Source: Candidatus Poribacteria bacterium
GTDB lineage: Bacteria; Poribacteria; WGA-4E; WGA-3G
DNA: 64,000 nt
Direction of reading: 5' to 3'
Assembly (NCBI GenBank): GCA_965197475.1
Contig: CBDANF010000003.1
Span: forward strand, 1,280,001-1,344,000
The position numbers and the translations under genes were made by a program. The notes under the pieces are model-generated. The model was not told the DNA's origin, searched no databases, and saw only the letters and a list, made by a program, of their open reading frames with translations. This document shows, piece after piece, positions 19,296 to 29,413 of this stretch (positions are counted from its first letter, which is position 1; each line of letters opens with the position of its first letter).

Positions 19296-20507
19296 TTATG
19301 TCAATAGTTCTGTGTAGACAGCTTCTGTCAAAGCAGTGTTCTTTGAACTGCTGAATAACTGTTCTGCGCGCTGACGTGCTGCTTTTCCCATGGCAGTTAA
19401 CTTTTTCCGATCAGTGGCAAGTATGGCAATAGCAGAAGCGATCGCCTCAGCATTTTCAGGCGGCACCAAAATTCCTGTTTCAGGCGTAACCAACTCTTTA
19501 CTTCCACCAAGCGGCGTAGCAATGACAGGCTTCCCAACCGCCATCGCCTCAATGATTGTGCGGGGGCATGCCTCTGGAATAATAGAAGGCACTAACATAA
19601 TGTCAAGCAGTGTCGTTATCACGCGCGTATTAGATAAAAACCCGGTGAAAATAACAAAGTCTTCAACGCCTAAATCGGCTACCTCCTGTTTTAACGAAGC
19701 CATATAATCGCGGTCTTTCTGAAAATAGGGACCGCCAACAATCAGAAGTTTGATGTTAACCGAGCCGTTAGGAAAGGTCTTTTTCAGCTCAGCCATCGCT
19801 CTCACAAGAAAATGGATTCCCTTCTCCGGTGTTATGCGTGTCACAACACCCACAACTATCGGAAATGTCGACTCTCCATCACTATGTGCAGGCGTAGCAT
19901 TTTCCGAAAAGAGTTCAGATTGAAGGGTTTTAACTTCTGCTTGCGATGCTTGAAAAGCCTCTAAATCTACTCCGTTATAGATTAAAGTCTGTTTTGCTGC
20001 AGGTGCAAAATCCCAGCGAGTTGCCTCTGACACCAGAATCACACGATGCAGCAGTTTTTCACAAATCTTGTCCAAAATGCCGTAGGATGTTGCATAGCGT
20101 TTGTGCATTAAAATTGGAATGCGGTTCATTCTTGCAACAATACCACCAAGTAGTGCTACCGAAAGGGAATTGGCATGGATGAGCGCAATTGAATGCCGCT
20201 TGACTGCCCGATGAAGTTGCGGGATAACCCGAAGTTGCCGAAAATCGTTGAGCAAATCTCGGAACGTAAATCGCTTCACCTTATCGGTTTTGTTATGCGC
20301 TTCAGGGAGAGACAACGGTACAACGTGCACATCTGTCTTTGCCACTTCCTGTGCAAACGGGCTTCCACCAAGACAACCCACAAAGGGCGTGAAACGTTGT
20401 TTGTCTAACAACTTCAGCAGAAGCAGCAGACTCCGTTGTCCACCGCCAATACCTGAACCGCTATCGAGATATAGGATATTGTATTTTAATGGATCGGGTG
20501 TTTTCAT
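19296..20507 (-). CDS. glycosyltransferase family 4
   Basis: GGGQRS, IYNGVD, RITPEKG, PEACPRTIIEAMAVGKPVI. Confidence 0.9.
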   Translation of the reverse strand: MKTPDPLKYNILYLDSGSGIGGGQRSLLLLLKLLDKQRFTPFVGCLGGSPFAQEVAKTDVHVVPLSLPEAHNKTDKVKRFTFRDLLNDFRQLRVIPQLHRAVKRHSIALIHANSLSVALLGGIVARMNRIPILMHKRYATSYGILDKICEKLLHRVILVSEATRWDFAPAAKQTLIYNGVDLEAFQASQAEVKTLQSELFSENATPAHSDGESTFPIVVGVVTRITPEKGIHFLVRAMAELKKTFPNGSVNIKLLIVGGPYFQKDRDYMASLKQEVADLGVEDFVIFTGFLSNTRVITTLLDIMLVPSIIPEACPRTIIEAMAVGKPVIATPLGGSKELVTPETGILVPPENAEAIASAIAILATDRKKLTAMGKAARQRAEQLFSSSKNTALTEAVYTELLT

Positions 20508-20895
20508 CTTCCCACGTTATATGAATCTTTATACATGTATCAGGCAATCTATCTGCCATCCGTTCTGCCCATTCAATAATGCAAATGCCATCACTCTCCA
20601 CATACTCGCCTAATCCAAGTTCGGCAATCTCTGTAGCAGTTTCAAGCCGATATAGATCGATGTGATAGATAGGGATCTTACCGTTATATTCGTTGATGAG
20701 TATATAAGAGGGACTGCTGACAACCTCATTCGGAGCAATGCCAACACCACGCGCGATACCTTGTGTTAAACATGTCTTTCCTGTGCCAAGATCACCTATC
20801 AGTGCGATAATGTCACCGGTTTTTAGCGTTTTGCCAAGTTTTTCACCGAGAGCTTGTGTCTCTTCCGGACTCTCTGTCCTAAATACCTTTTCCAT
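20461..20895 (-). CDS. tsaE: tRNA threonylcarbamoyladenosine biosynthesis ATPase TsaE
   Basis: GDLGTGKT, VSSPSY, YHIDLYRL, IIEWAE; ATG overlaps the upstream stop. Confidence 0.93.
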   Translation of the reverse strand: MEKVFRTESPEETQALGEKLGKTLKTGDIIALIGDLGTGKTCLTQGIARGVGIAPNEVVSSPSYILINEYNGKIPIYHIDLYRLETATEIAELGLGEYVESDGICIIEWAERMADRLPDTCIKIHITWEDENTRSIKIQYPISR

Positions 20896-22424
20896 TACGC
20901 TCCTGCTGCACATCGCAAGATGTCCTCTTGCGTCAAATTTTCGTTGACAAATTCACCTGTAATTCTGCCTTCATGTAATACCAAAACCCGATCACTCATC
21001 CCTAAAATCTCCGGTAGTTCTGAAGATACTAATACGATAGCAACGCCTTCGTCAGCAAGTTGAGCAGTCAAGGTATGAATTTCTGCCTTCGCCCCGACAT
21101 CAATCCCACGTGTCGGTTCATCAAGAAACAGCACTATCGGACGCGTCATGAGCCATTTGCCTAAAACCACTTTCTGCTGATTTCCACCACTAAGCTGACT
21201 AACAGGAACATCAAGCGAAGTCGTTTTAATGCGGAGTGAATCCACAGAGTACATGCTTTTTTGATATTCTACTTGACGGTTGATCACACCATACGAGGTA
21301 ATTTCTCTTGATGCACCGAGACTCACCAGCGTCATGTTCCGGACAACATCGTTATCCAAAATAAGTCCATACCTTTTCCGGTCTTCGCTGACCAACGCCA
21401 TTCCGTGCCGTATTGCATCGCGCGGTGAACGAATCTGGACACGGATCCCATCTCTATAAACCTTTCCATTCCACCTCCCCGAATACGCACCAAAGATAGT
21501 ATTAATCAACTCAGTTCTACCTGCCCCCATCAGTCCTGCTATCCCAAGTATCTCCCCACGCCGCACCGCAAAACTTATGTTCTCAAGACACGGTGGTTCT
21601 AAAGGATAAGTGCTTAAATCTTCAACCTGTAGTGCTAAATTTGTTTCCGCTGATGATGGCGAAATGTGTTGCCGTGTCGGAAAAAGTGTTGTCAACTCCC
21701 TGCCAACCATTTGCGAAACCAGTATATCTTCGGTGCAGTCATCAATTGTTTGCGTTGCAACCGTTTTCCCATCGCGTAGCACCGTCACTCGGTCAGCAAT
21801 CTGAAATATCTCCTTGAGTTTATGGGTAATATAGATACAGGCTACGCCTTTGTCTTGCAGTTGCGTTAAAATCTGCCGGAGGATGTCCACCTCACTTTTA
21901 GTCAACGCTGCTGTCGGTTCATCAAGCACAAGCAACCGCGCATTTCGGGATAACGCCTTTGCAATCTCAACAAGTTGCTGTTGCCCAATACCGAGTTTAT
22001 AGACTTGTCCCTGTAGTGGAATTTCCAATCCAAACTGTGCCAGCAACTGTCCCGCATCGTGATACAGATGGGATTTGTCAATTATACCAAATCGGCGCGG
22101 CTCCCTGCCAAGATAGATATTTTCCGCAACTGTCATCTCCGGAATCAGTGCCAATTCCTGATGAATAATCGCAATACCCGCGTGTTCAGCATCACGCACG
22201 TTACGGAAACGTTGTTCAACACCTTTGATGTGCAGCTGTCCTTCGTAAGTCCCATGCGGATGCACCGCACCGAGAATTTTTATCAGCGTTGATTTACCTG
22301 CGCCATTCTCGCCGCAAAGTGCGTGAATTTCTCCAGAATGCACCTCAAAATTCACGTCGTCTAACGCACGCACGCCGGGAAAATCTTTTGTAATTGCTTG
22401 CATATTGAGAAGCAGGGCTGCCAT
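20895..22424 (-). CDS. sugar ABC transporter ATP-binding protein (XylG/RbsA type)
   Basis: GENGAGKST, IHQEL, LDEPT twice, LSGGNQQKVV. Confidence 0.92.
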   Translation of the reverse strand: MAALLLNMQAITKDFPGVRALDDVNFEVHSGEIHALCGENGAGKSTLIKILGAVHPHGTYEGQLHIKGVEQRFRNVRDAEHAGIAIIHQELALIPEMTVAENIYLGREPRRFGIIDKSHLYHDAGQLLAQFGLEIPLQGQVYKLGIGQQQLVEIAKALSRNARLLVLDEPTAALTKSEVDILRQILTQLQDKGVACIYITHKLKEIFQIADRVTVLRDGKTVATQTIDDCTEDILVSQMVGRELTTLFPTRQHISPSSAETNLALQVEDLSTYPLEPPCLENISFAVRRGEILGIAGLMGAGRTELINTIFGAYSGRWNGKVYRDGIRVQIRSPRDAIRHGMALVSEDRKRYGLILDNDVVRNMTLVSLGASREITSYGVINRQVEYQKSMYSVDSLRIKTTSLDVPVSQLSGGNQQKVVLGKWLMTRPIVLFLDEPTRGIDVGAKAEIHTLTAQLADEGVAIVLVSSELPEILGMSDRVLVLHEGRITGEFVNENLTQEDILRCAAGA

Positions 22425-22460
22425 TGTAGTTGCGCTCCAATTCCGAATTCATGTTATTAT

Positions 22461-22615
22461 AACCCAAGTTGCCACCTATCTATAGACATAGCACCCCTAC
22501 AGGGTGCAGTTGCTTAAATATGCCGTTTTCTATAGACATATCACCCCTACGGGGTGGAGAAAAATCTGTAAAAACCCCTTGAAACGTCGAAAACTTGTTA
22601 GTAGCAACTTGGGTT
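22461..22615. repeat. MITE-like element enclosing a REP doublet
   Basis: TIR aacccaagttgc/gcaacttgggtt; two internal ctatagacata..acccctac copies. Confidence 0.7.
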
Positions 22616-22654
22616 ATTATAGCAGGATTATGTGGCGGATTCAAGTTTTTTGTC

Positions 22655-22858
22655 ATTGTTACCCGCCCTGCCATCGCAAGCAGTGCAAGGACAATTCGGC
22701 ATAACTGCCGGGTCGTCGTTGCGGATAAATGTGGAATAAAAACAGTAAACAGTGCTATAATTTCAGGCATGGGGATTGTCCTTTCTAAGTTATGTTTAGG
22801 TGTTATAACTTTAGGACAACCGCCCTATTCATTCAAGTATTTTTTGGCGAAGGTATTG
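22655..22858 (-). mobile_element. IS remnant: one end plus transposase N-terminus
   Basis: End caataccttcgccaaaa; RBS aagga; MPEIIALF...TTTRQLCRIVLALLAMAGRVTM resembles a DDE transposase N-terminus; rest missing. Confidence 0.55.
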
Positions 22859-22981
22859 CACGTTAATAGTATCTATTTATCTTCGGTGTCTCTTCTGTAG
22901 GAGCGACCTCCCGGTCTTGACCTGTTTAAAACACTGTAAAAAACTGAACCTAAGTGATACCAAAGTCGGCTTAGATTATTC

Positions 22982-23010
22982 TTGACAATATAAAACAAAA
23001 ATAGTATACT
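22982..23010 (+). promoter_or_regulatory. sigma70-type promoter
   Basis: TTGACA-17bp-TATACT upstream of the SDR gene. Confidence 0.7.
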
Positions 23011-23077
23011 TAATCAAGTAAGGTAGATTCAGTATTTTGAAAGGATTAGGGCAGTTTGCTGCCCATATACTTAACGT

Positions 23078-23869
23078 ATGGACCTCGGACTCACGGACAA
23101 AATCGCAGTTGTAGGCGCATCAAGCAAAGGACTTGGCAAAGCAATTGCACTCGGTTTGGCGCAAGAGGGTGCAAAGGTCACCATCTGTGCCAGAAATAAA
23201 GACACGCTGGAGACGACAGCACAAGAAATTCGTAGCCAAACAGCCACTGAAGTGTTGGCAATACCGACTGATGTTAGCAAACCCGATCAGATTGAATCTC
23301 TGATAAATAAAGCGATATCTCACTTCGGGGGTATTGATATTTTAGTTAACAACGCAGGCGGTCCTAGAGCGGGACGGTTTGATGACCTGTCTGCAGAAGA
23401 TTATCTGAGTGCTGTGCATTTAAATTTGATGAGCACTATCAACCTATGCCGTGCTGTTGTGCCGACAATGCGTACACGCGGGAGCGGACGGATTATCAAC
23501 CTAACATCTGTCTCTGTTAAACAACCTGTGGATGGATTGATGTTATCGAATATGGCGCGGACAGGTGTGATTGGATTTGCCAAAACACTTGCAACGGAAC
23601 TTGCCTCCGACAAAATCCTGGTAAATAACGTATGTCCTGGGATAATCTTCACGGATCGAATCAAGCAATTGGCAACAGTACGTGCGGAAGAAGCAGGTAT
23701 CACCTTTGACGCGGCACTTGAGAAAATGACAGCAGATATCCCACTTGGAAGAATTGGGGATCCAGAAGAATTCGCCAACTTGGTCGTCTTCCTCGCCTCT
23801 GAACGGGCAAGTTACATTACAGGAGCGACGATTCAGGCAGATGGAGGTATGGTCAGATCATTGCTCTAA
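23078..23869 (+). CDS. SDR family oxidoreductase
   Basis: GASSKGLG, DILVNNAGG, VNNVCPG, YITG...ADGG. Confidence 0.9.
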   Translation: MDLGLTDKIAVVGASSKGLGKAIALGLAQEGAKVTICARNKDTLETTAQEIRSQTATEVLAIPTDVSKPDQIESLINKAISHFGGIDILVNNAGGPRAGRFDDLSAEDYLSAVHLNLMSTINLCRAVVPTMRTRGSGRIINLTSVSVKQPVDGLMLSNMARTGVIGFAKTLATELASDKILVNNVCPGIIFTDRIKQLATVRAEEAGITFDAALEKMTADIPLGRIGDPEEFANLVVFLASERASYITGATIQADGGMVRSLL

Positions 23870-23973
23870 TTGGTTTCGGAGATTGATTAGAACCTCTTTA
23901 CTGACTGCTGAAAGATGACCATCAATAGCCATTAAAAGAAACGTAATGCATAATAAAAGAGACGTAATGCACA

Positions 23974-24699
23974 ATGTTAGTATCTGTAATCATCCCTGCG
24001 TATAATGAAGAGCAAACAATCCGACAGGTACTCGAAACTGTGCAAGCATTGCCCATTGAGAAACAGATTATTGTTGTCAATGACGGGTCAACTGATGAAA
24101 CTTATACTATCCTTGAGGAACTCCGTAGCGACGACGGTTTAACTATCGTACATTGCAAGGAGAACCGTGGTAAAGGTTTTGCGATTCGAAGTGGGATGCC
24201 TTATGTTAAGGGAAGTGTGGTTGTTATACAAGATGCGGATATGGAACTTAGTCCGACTGACCTATTGCAATTGGTTGAACCGTTGAAAAATGAAAAAGTT
24301 GAAGTCATCTACGGTTCCCGATTTCTGAACGGCAGAGGGAACGCGAGTATTCATAATTTTATTGCAAACCGTATACTCGCGATGTACACCAATCTCCTCT
24401 ACGGATGCAGAATCACGGATGAATCTACCGGTTATAAAGCGTTTTCAGCAGACTTGATAAAACAATTAAATTTGACATGTGAAGGATTTGAGTTTTGTCC
24501 TGAAGTCACAGCAAAGATTTTGCGTGCTGGTTATCACATCCATGAAGTACCGGTTTCCTATTTCCCTCGTACGAAAAAGGAGGGTAAAAAGTTGCGCTTT
24601 TGGTCGGATGGGTTGTTTGCTGCATGGACGTTATTGAAGTATCGGTTTATATCAAAGACAAAGATTTTCAAAAACACAACGCATAATGAAATGCGTTGA
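23974..24699 (+). CDS. glycosyltransferase family 2 (DPM1-like)
   Basis: VIIPAYNE, VNDGSTD, NRGKG, QDAD, YGSRF. Confidence 0.9.
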   Translation: MLVSVIIPAYNEEQTIRQVLETVQALPIEKQIIVVNDGSTDETYTILEELRSDDGLTIVHCKENRGKGFAIRSGMPYVKGSVVVIQDADMELSPTDLLQLVEPLKNEKVEVIYGSRFLNGRGNASIHNFIANRILAMYTNLLYGCRITDESTGYKAFSADLIKQLNLTCEGFEFCPEVTAKILRAGYHIHEVPVSYFPRTKKEGKKLRFWSDGLFAAWTLLKYRFISKTKIFKNTTHNEMR

Positions 24700-24720
24700 T
24701 ACAAACATCTGGAGGTTAAA

Positions 24721-26343
24721 TTGTCGAAAATGTTTAAAAAGATGGTTTATTCCGTATTCCTCCTTTTACTTTTGGGAGGCGTGTCGTTTTCAGCATTTGG
24801 TCACGGTGAAGGGGATACCTTATTAGAAGATGTCAATAAGGATGGCAAGGTAAATATCCAAGACCTTGTGTTAGTTGCATCTGCGTTCGGACAACCTATT
24901 GACCGAAACGCTGAACAGAACCCTGATGTTAATCGTGACGGCACTGTTGATATACGTGATCTTGTTCGGGTGGCAAACCGTTTTGGTGCAACGGATCAGG
25001 AGGATAACTCAACCTATCATGATATTCAGGATGAAATCTTTGATAAGAGTTGTGCCAACAGTGCTTGCCACGCGCCTCCTTCAAACTCTGCGGATTTGAA
25101 TCTCACTTACGGTCAATCTTATCAAGGTTTGATTGATAGAATGCCACGGAATCCAGCAGCGGCGGCAATGGGTATGAAACTTATAGATCCAGGTAATCCA
25201 GATAACAGTTTTCTTTTGACAAAGTTGATGGGACCAGAAGCACCAGAATTCGGAGGGCGCATGCCTTACCTTATGGGCCCCCTCCACAATGGGAAAATTG
25301 AAGCGATACGCACTTGGATAGAAGCAGGGGCTCCACGAGAAGGAAAAGTGACAGGTATTGGTGACTTGGGTGTGCTACGCGATCCGCAAGAGGTATTTAA
25401 TCCGCCTCCGCCGCCATCTCCTGGAGAAGGTTATCAACTTCGTTTGCCTCCATTCAAGATTGAACCCGGCACTGAGCGAGAAATCTTCTACGCAACACAG
25501 ATCAAGGATGAAAATGGACAACTTGTAGAGGGAGATATCTTTATTAACAGAGTTGAAATCTTCTACCCATCTGGAAGCCATCACTTCATCATTTACCGAC
25601 TCACGGAGGAAGGTCTTGCAAACGGTATTCAAAATATAGGGGTTGACCCCAACATCGGTGTAGATCCGAAAGATCAATTCCGCGAACTTGACCCAGATGA
25701 TCCACAGACACTTGGCAATTTCGGCATTGATAGGCTCTTCGTCGTTGGAACACAGACCGATGATACACTCTTCCAATTTCCTGGGGGCGTAGGTTTGCGG
25801 TTGCCCGGGGAAACAGTATACGACCTGAATTCCCATTATATAAATCTTCTCGGTGAAGAAACGTTGATTGGTGAAACTTATGTCAATATCTACACAATCC
25901 CAGAGGAAGAGGTAAAGTACGAAGCGATCGAGATTTTTGTTTCCAATCGGTCAATAAACGTACCACCGAATACAACGCGTGTCGCCAAATTGACGTGGTA
26001 TGTTGAAGATGAATTGGAACGCCGAGGGCACGATCCGGATACAGAGTTGTATGTTTTTCTACTTACATCACACATGCATAGACACGGTGAATTGTTTGAA
26101 ATTACCCAAGACTCAACAGGGGAATTGTTGCATCGCAGTATTGCTTATGACGATGCGCCTATTACACTGTTCGACTCGCCTCTTATCTTAAATTCAGATG
26201 ACGGTCTAAAATTCCAATGTACGCATAATAACTACGATAAAAATGTACCACTCCAATTCGGACTTACATCCGAAGACGAGATGTGTATTATTTTTGGTTA
26301 TTATTATATTCCTGTTGAAAAAGCAGGAGATATAATTCAATAG
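24721..26343 (+). CDS. exported dockerin-like + CxxxxCH + copper type II (PHM/DBH-like) monooxygenase
   Basis: DVNKDG/DVNRDG; SCANSACH...RMP...WIEAGA; SHHFII, NSHY, SHMHRHG, DEMC. Confidence 0.75.
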   Translation: MSKMFKKMVYSVFLLLLLGGVSFSAFGHGEGDTLLEDVNKDGKVNIQDLVLVASAFGQPIDRNAEQNPDVNRDGTVDIRDLVRVANRFGATDQEDNSTYHDIQDEIFDKSCANSACHAPPSNSADLNLTYGQSYQGLIDRMPRNPAAAAMGMKLIDPGNPDNSFLLTKLMGPEAPEFGGRMPYLMGPLHNGKIEAIRTWIEAGAPREGKVTGIGDLGVLRDPQEVFNPPPPPSPGEGYQLRLPPFKIEPGTEREIFYATQIKDENGQLVEGDIFINRVEIFYPSGSHHFIIYRLTEEGLANGIQNIGVDPNIGVDPKDQFRELDPDDPQTLGNFGIDRLFVVGTQTDDTLFQFPGGVGLRLPGETVYDLNSHYINLLGEETLIGETYVNIYTIPEEEVKYEAIEIFVSNRSINVPPNTTRVAKLTWYVEDELERRGHDPDTELYVFLLTSHMHRHGELFEITQDSTGELLHRSIAYDDAPITLFDSPLILNSDDGLKFQCTHNNYDKNVPLQFGLTSEDEMCIIFGYYYIPVEKAGDIIQ

Positions 26344-26462
26344 TGTTCTTTGCATTGCTATAGTTTGGACAATTTCTTTCTGTTTCATGTTGAGTTCTCA
26401 AGCATTCTTATTTTTCTTTGAGTTTTGTCCGGGATCGTAACTCGTAGAAAAACATATTGAGC

Positions 26463-26640
26463 AGCCCCAGCGGGGCGGAATGTTTATAGCAATGGTGAAC
26501 AACCCATATTGAGCCCCAGCGGGGCGAAATGTGTCCGAATAGGGTTTCTGCCGATAACACAACTCGTGTTCACGGACCACCCCTACGGGGTTCAAGAGAT
26601 AGATTCCTCATATCTATAAACATATCGTCCCTACGGGACT
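26463..26640. repeat. REP-like cluster, two forward and two inverted copies
   Basis: agccccagcggggcg twice; cccctacgggg and ctataaacatatcgtccctacgggact. Confidence 0.7.
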
Positions 26641-26800
26641 AAAAATGCTCTTTTGAATGCTCTTGGTTCTTAATAGTATCAATGTCCTATGGGAATTTAC
26701 TATGACCAAGCACTTAAACAAAGTCTAAAATTGTCCAAACTATAGTTAATTGTAAGCTTACCATAAACTAAAAAACTTGTCCTAATGGAGGTCACATAAA

Positions 26801-29254
26801 TTGGCTTTCAAATTCACTTACAGTCCAATTGATGGAGAGGGCAATGTTAAGCCCAAAACCCACTTAAATATAGATATTGATGGTATTGAATCCATTAATG
26901 ATATATTCAAGTTGTACATTGTGAAAAAGGTTGGATTTTGGAGAGGATACAAAGAAGGTAAACTAGTAGATTCAATCGCGTCAAGGCTTGGTATCAGATA
27001 TTCTCAAATTGAGGCACTTCGCCGGAGTCCTGAGTGGCATGATGCGGTAGATGCTTACTCTCAAGACGAAACCGTAAGAAATAAGCTCAAATTGGATGCT
27101 TCAGGTCGAAAACGGAGTGGTCGAAGTTTAGAATTGGATTTTGAACTTCCTGAAGGCGTACGTGCGACAGGTAAACCACAACAAGTAAAATCTGAAATAA
27201 AGCACGTTGAAGGGAAACCGATTTGGGAAATTGAATTTGAAATTCCTACAGAAAGATATACACCTTCTGAGAACGAAGAATGTTTGAAGGAATACCTTAA
27301 CGATCTTAATCCATCTCAGTTGCGAGCAGTAACGCAATCTCCCGGCGTATTGCTTATCTTAGCCGGTCCAGGTTCAGGCAAAACACGCGTGTTAACTACA
27401 CGGATTGCTCATTTAGTGAAGCAGCAGTACGTAAAGCCAAACCTTTGTCGCGCTATTACTTTCACGCGCGCTGCCACCACTGAGATGAAAGAACGCCTAG
27501 ATGAATTGAAAGTGGAAGATGTAGTCGTTTCGACAATTCACGGACTTGCTAGAGAGATCATTGACAAATTTTACCGCTCACACCCAGATTTGATGCAAAT
27601 GTGTTCAACGGCAAAACGTACAGCTCCACTTTGTTGGATTGACGGGATGGACGAATCTCGGTATCCTGTATTTAAAGCACTTAACGGAGATACATATCCG
27701 GTAACACCAGAGAATTGTTTATACTTAGCACTTGGTCATGTTGTCTATTTAGTGAAGCAAGGATTAGATAAAACTAAAACATCGTTTTCGTGGCAGCGTT
27801 CGTTACAGATCACCAAGGAGTTGAAGTTGATAAACGAACGATTGAATACTGCAACAACAGCAACGCAACACCGATTTTGGGAGCGGTTGGCATCGTATGT
27901 GAGTCTTTTTCATCTAAAAAACTATGTGAACAATGTTCTGGGACACTCAATTCGTGCTTCGCTGGATCCGGAGGATCTCACCGAGATACACAGTCTACTA
28001 AATACTTTTTTGAAAGATTTTTCAATTGCATTAGATAATTTTCTCGATTCGGTTGCGTTAATCTATAAAAGTTTGATCGAAACAAAAGGACTTATTGATT
28101 ACACAGGACAGCTGCTATGGGCACACAAAATCTTGCAACACGATGAAGGAGTGCTTTCCGAAGCACAAGATTTATACGAAGCTTATTTTGTTGATGAATT
28201 CCAAGATACAGATACGGTCCAGTTTGAAACTCTCAAACTCCTTTCAGGGCGATACCGGAACCTGACAGTCGTAGGTGACCCTAATCAAGCAATTTACGGC
28301 TTCCGCGGAGCGGATGTCAAAGGCATACTTGATTTTCAAGAGACATTTCCAGATGCAAACGCAGTTTCTTTAGACATCAATTACCGATCCACACAACAGA
28401 TCGTTGATGCTTCCTACGTAGTGGTAGAAGATTTTCAACAGGACGGCTGGGTTCGGTGTCAAGGATTGAAAGAAGGATCTTCAGTCCGTTTCATTCAAAA
28501 ACTAAACGAGATTGAATCCTATCCTTCTGATTTTACCGTGTTGACACGTACAAACAAAGGATCGAAAGAAATTGGACAACTGCTGCAACAGGATGGTGTC
28601 CTCTATAAAATGTGCACGCGCGATAACCCACGCCCACATCTCGGAATTCCGAGTTGGCGCGTGATACCTGTGGTAGATATCTTACGCGCTGCTGAGGATT
28701 TTGATGATGTGCAACGGATTTTAGCAGCAATTCAACATGTCAGAGGCGTGGGTAAAAAAACATTGGCGCGTTTTAGGAAAGACCCTGCTGCTATGTGGAT
28801 TCACCCTAATACGACAGAAGTTGTTGCATGGTTGGCAAAAGGAATACCTTCCGTTTCAGAGATATACACATTAAAAAAACTAAAACTCTATATTGATTTC
28901 CTGCCACAGACGGAGATAACCGCCGAAATGGAATATCTCACAGAGATTTTAGACCAATTTCCAAGCTGCCCAACTTATGATGACCTATTAGCAGAAGCTT
29001 CCGTGGAAATCCGAACCATTCATTCTGCAAAAGGACTTGAGCGTCCGCGTGTCGTGGTTGATCTCAGAGGATTCAAACCTTGGGATGATTCCAATGAAGA
29101 ACTCGCGGAAGAATGTCGGGTCCTCTATGTCGCAATGTCTCGCGCAGAACAAGAACTTTATTTACTCCGAAACAACCGGAAAAACTTTCCTAATCTTGAG
29201 ACTCTGAAGGCTTTCATAGAAACACAGCAAAGAAACAAGCCTATAGATAGATAG
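26801..29254 (+). CDS. UvrD/Rep-family SF1A helicase with N-terminal extension
   Basis: LNPSQ, AGPGSGKT, ITFT, VDEFQD, VGDPNQAIYGFRGA, NYRS, TIHSAKGLE, LYVAMSRA; RBS ggagg, TTG start. Confidence 0.88.
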   Translation: MAFKFTYSPIDGEGNVKPKTHLNIDIDGIESINDIFKLYIVKKVGFWRGYKEGKLVDSIASRLGIRYSQIEALRRSPEWHDAVDAYSQDETVRNKLKLDASGRKRSGRSLELDFELPEGVRATGKPQQVKSEIKHVEGKPIWEIEFEIPTERYTPSENEECLKEYLNDLNPSQLRAVTQSPGVLLILAGPGSGKTRVLTTRIAHLVKQQYVKPNLCRAITFTRAATTEMKERLDELKVEDVVVSTIHGLAREIIDKFYRSHPDLMQMCSTAKRTAPLCWIDGMDESRYPVFKALNGDTYPVTPENCLYLALGHVVYLVKQGLDKTKTSFSWQRSLQITKELKLINERLNTATTATQHRFWERLASYVSLFHLKNYVNNVLGHSIRASLDPEDLTEIHSLLNTFLKDFSIALDNFLDSVALIYKSLIETKGLIDYTGQLLWAHKILQHDEGVLSEAQDLYEAYFVDEFQDTDTVQFETLKLLSGRYRNLTVVGDPNQAIYGFRGADVKGILDFQETFPDANAVSLDINYRSTQQIVDASYVVVEDFQQDGWVRCQGLKEGSSVRFIQKLNEIESYPSDFTVLTRTNKGSKEIGQLLQQDGVLYKMCTRDNPRPHLGIPSWRVIPVVDILRAAEDFDDVQRILAAIQHVRGVGKKTLARFRKDPAAMWIHPNTTEVVAWLAKGIPSVSEIYTLKKLKLYIDFLPQTEITAEMEYLTEILDQFPSCPTYDDLLAEASVEIRTIHSAKGLERPRVVVDLRGFKPWDDSNEELAEECRVLYVAMSRAEQELYLLRNNRKNFPNLETLKAFIETQQRNKPIDR

Positions 29255-29413
29255 AGAAAGTGAACTTATAGATAAATTTTTTGGATTATCCCGCTAAAAG
29301 ATAAGAGGTACTATCTTTACTTTGCATTGGCTGAACGTTAGATATTTTCTCAAACCTTCCTAACATCCCCGTGCCTGCCAGTGTAGGTGCGGGGAATCCT
29401 ATGTAAAAACAGC

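Noticed and set aside
22480-22770. 96-aa ORF as a real gene
   Set aside because: Chimera of a transposase stub running into a MITE
29290-29400. SAM riboswitch upstream of the methionine-cycle gene
   Set aside because: No SAM-I core recognised; the hairpin present is GTAG REP-like
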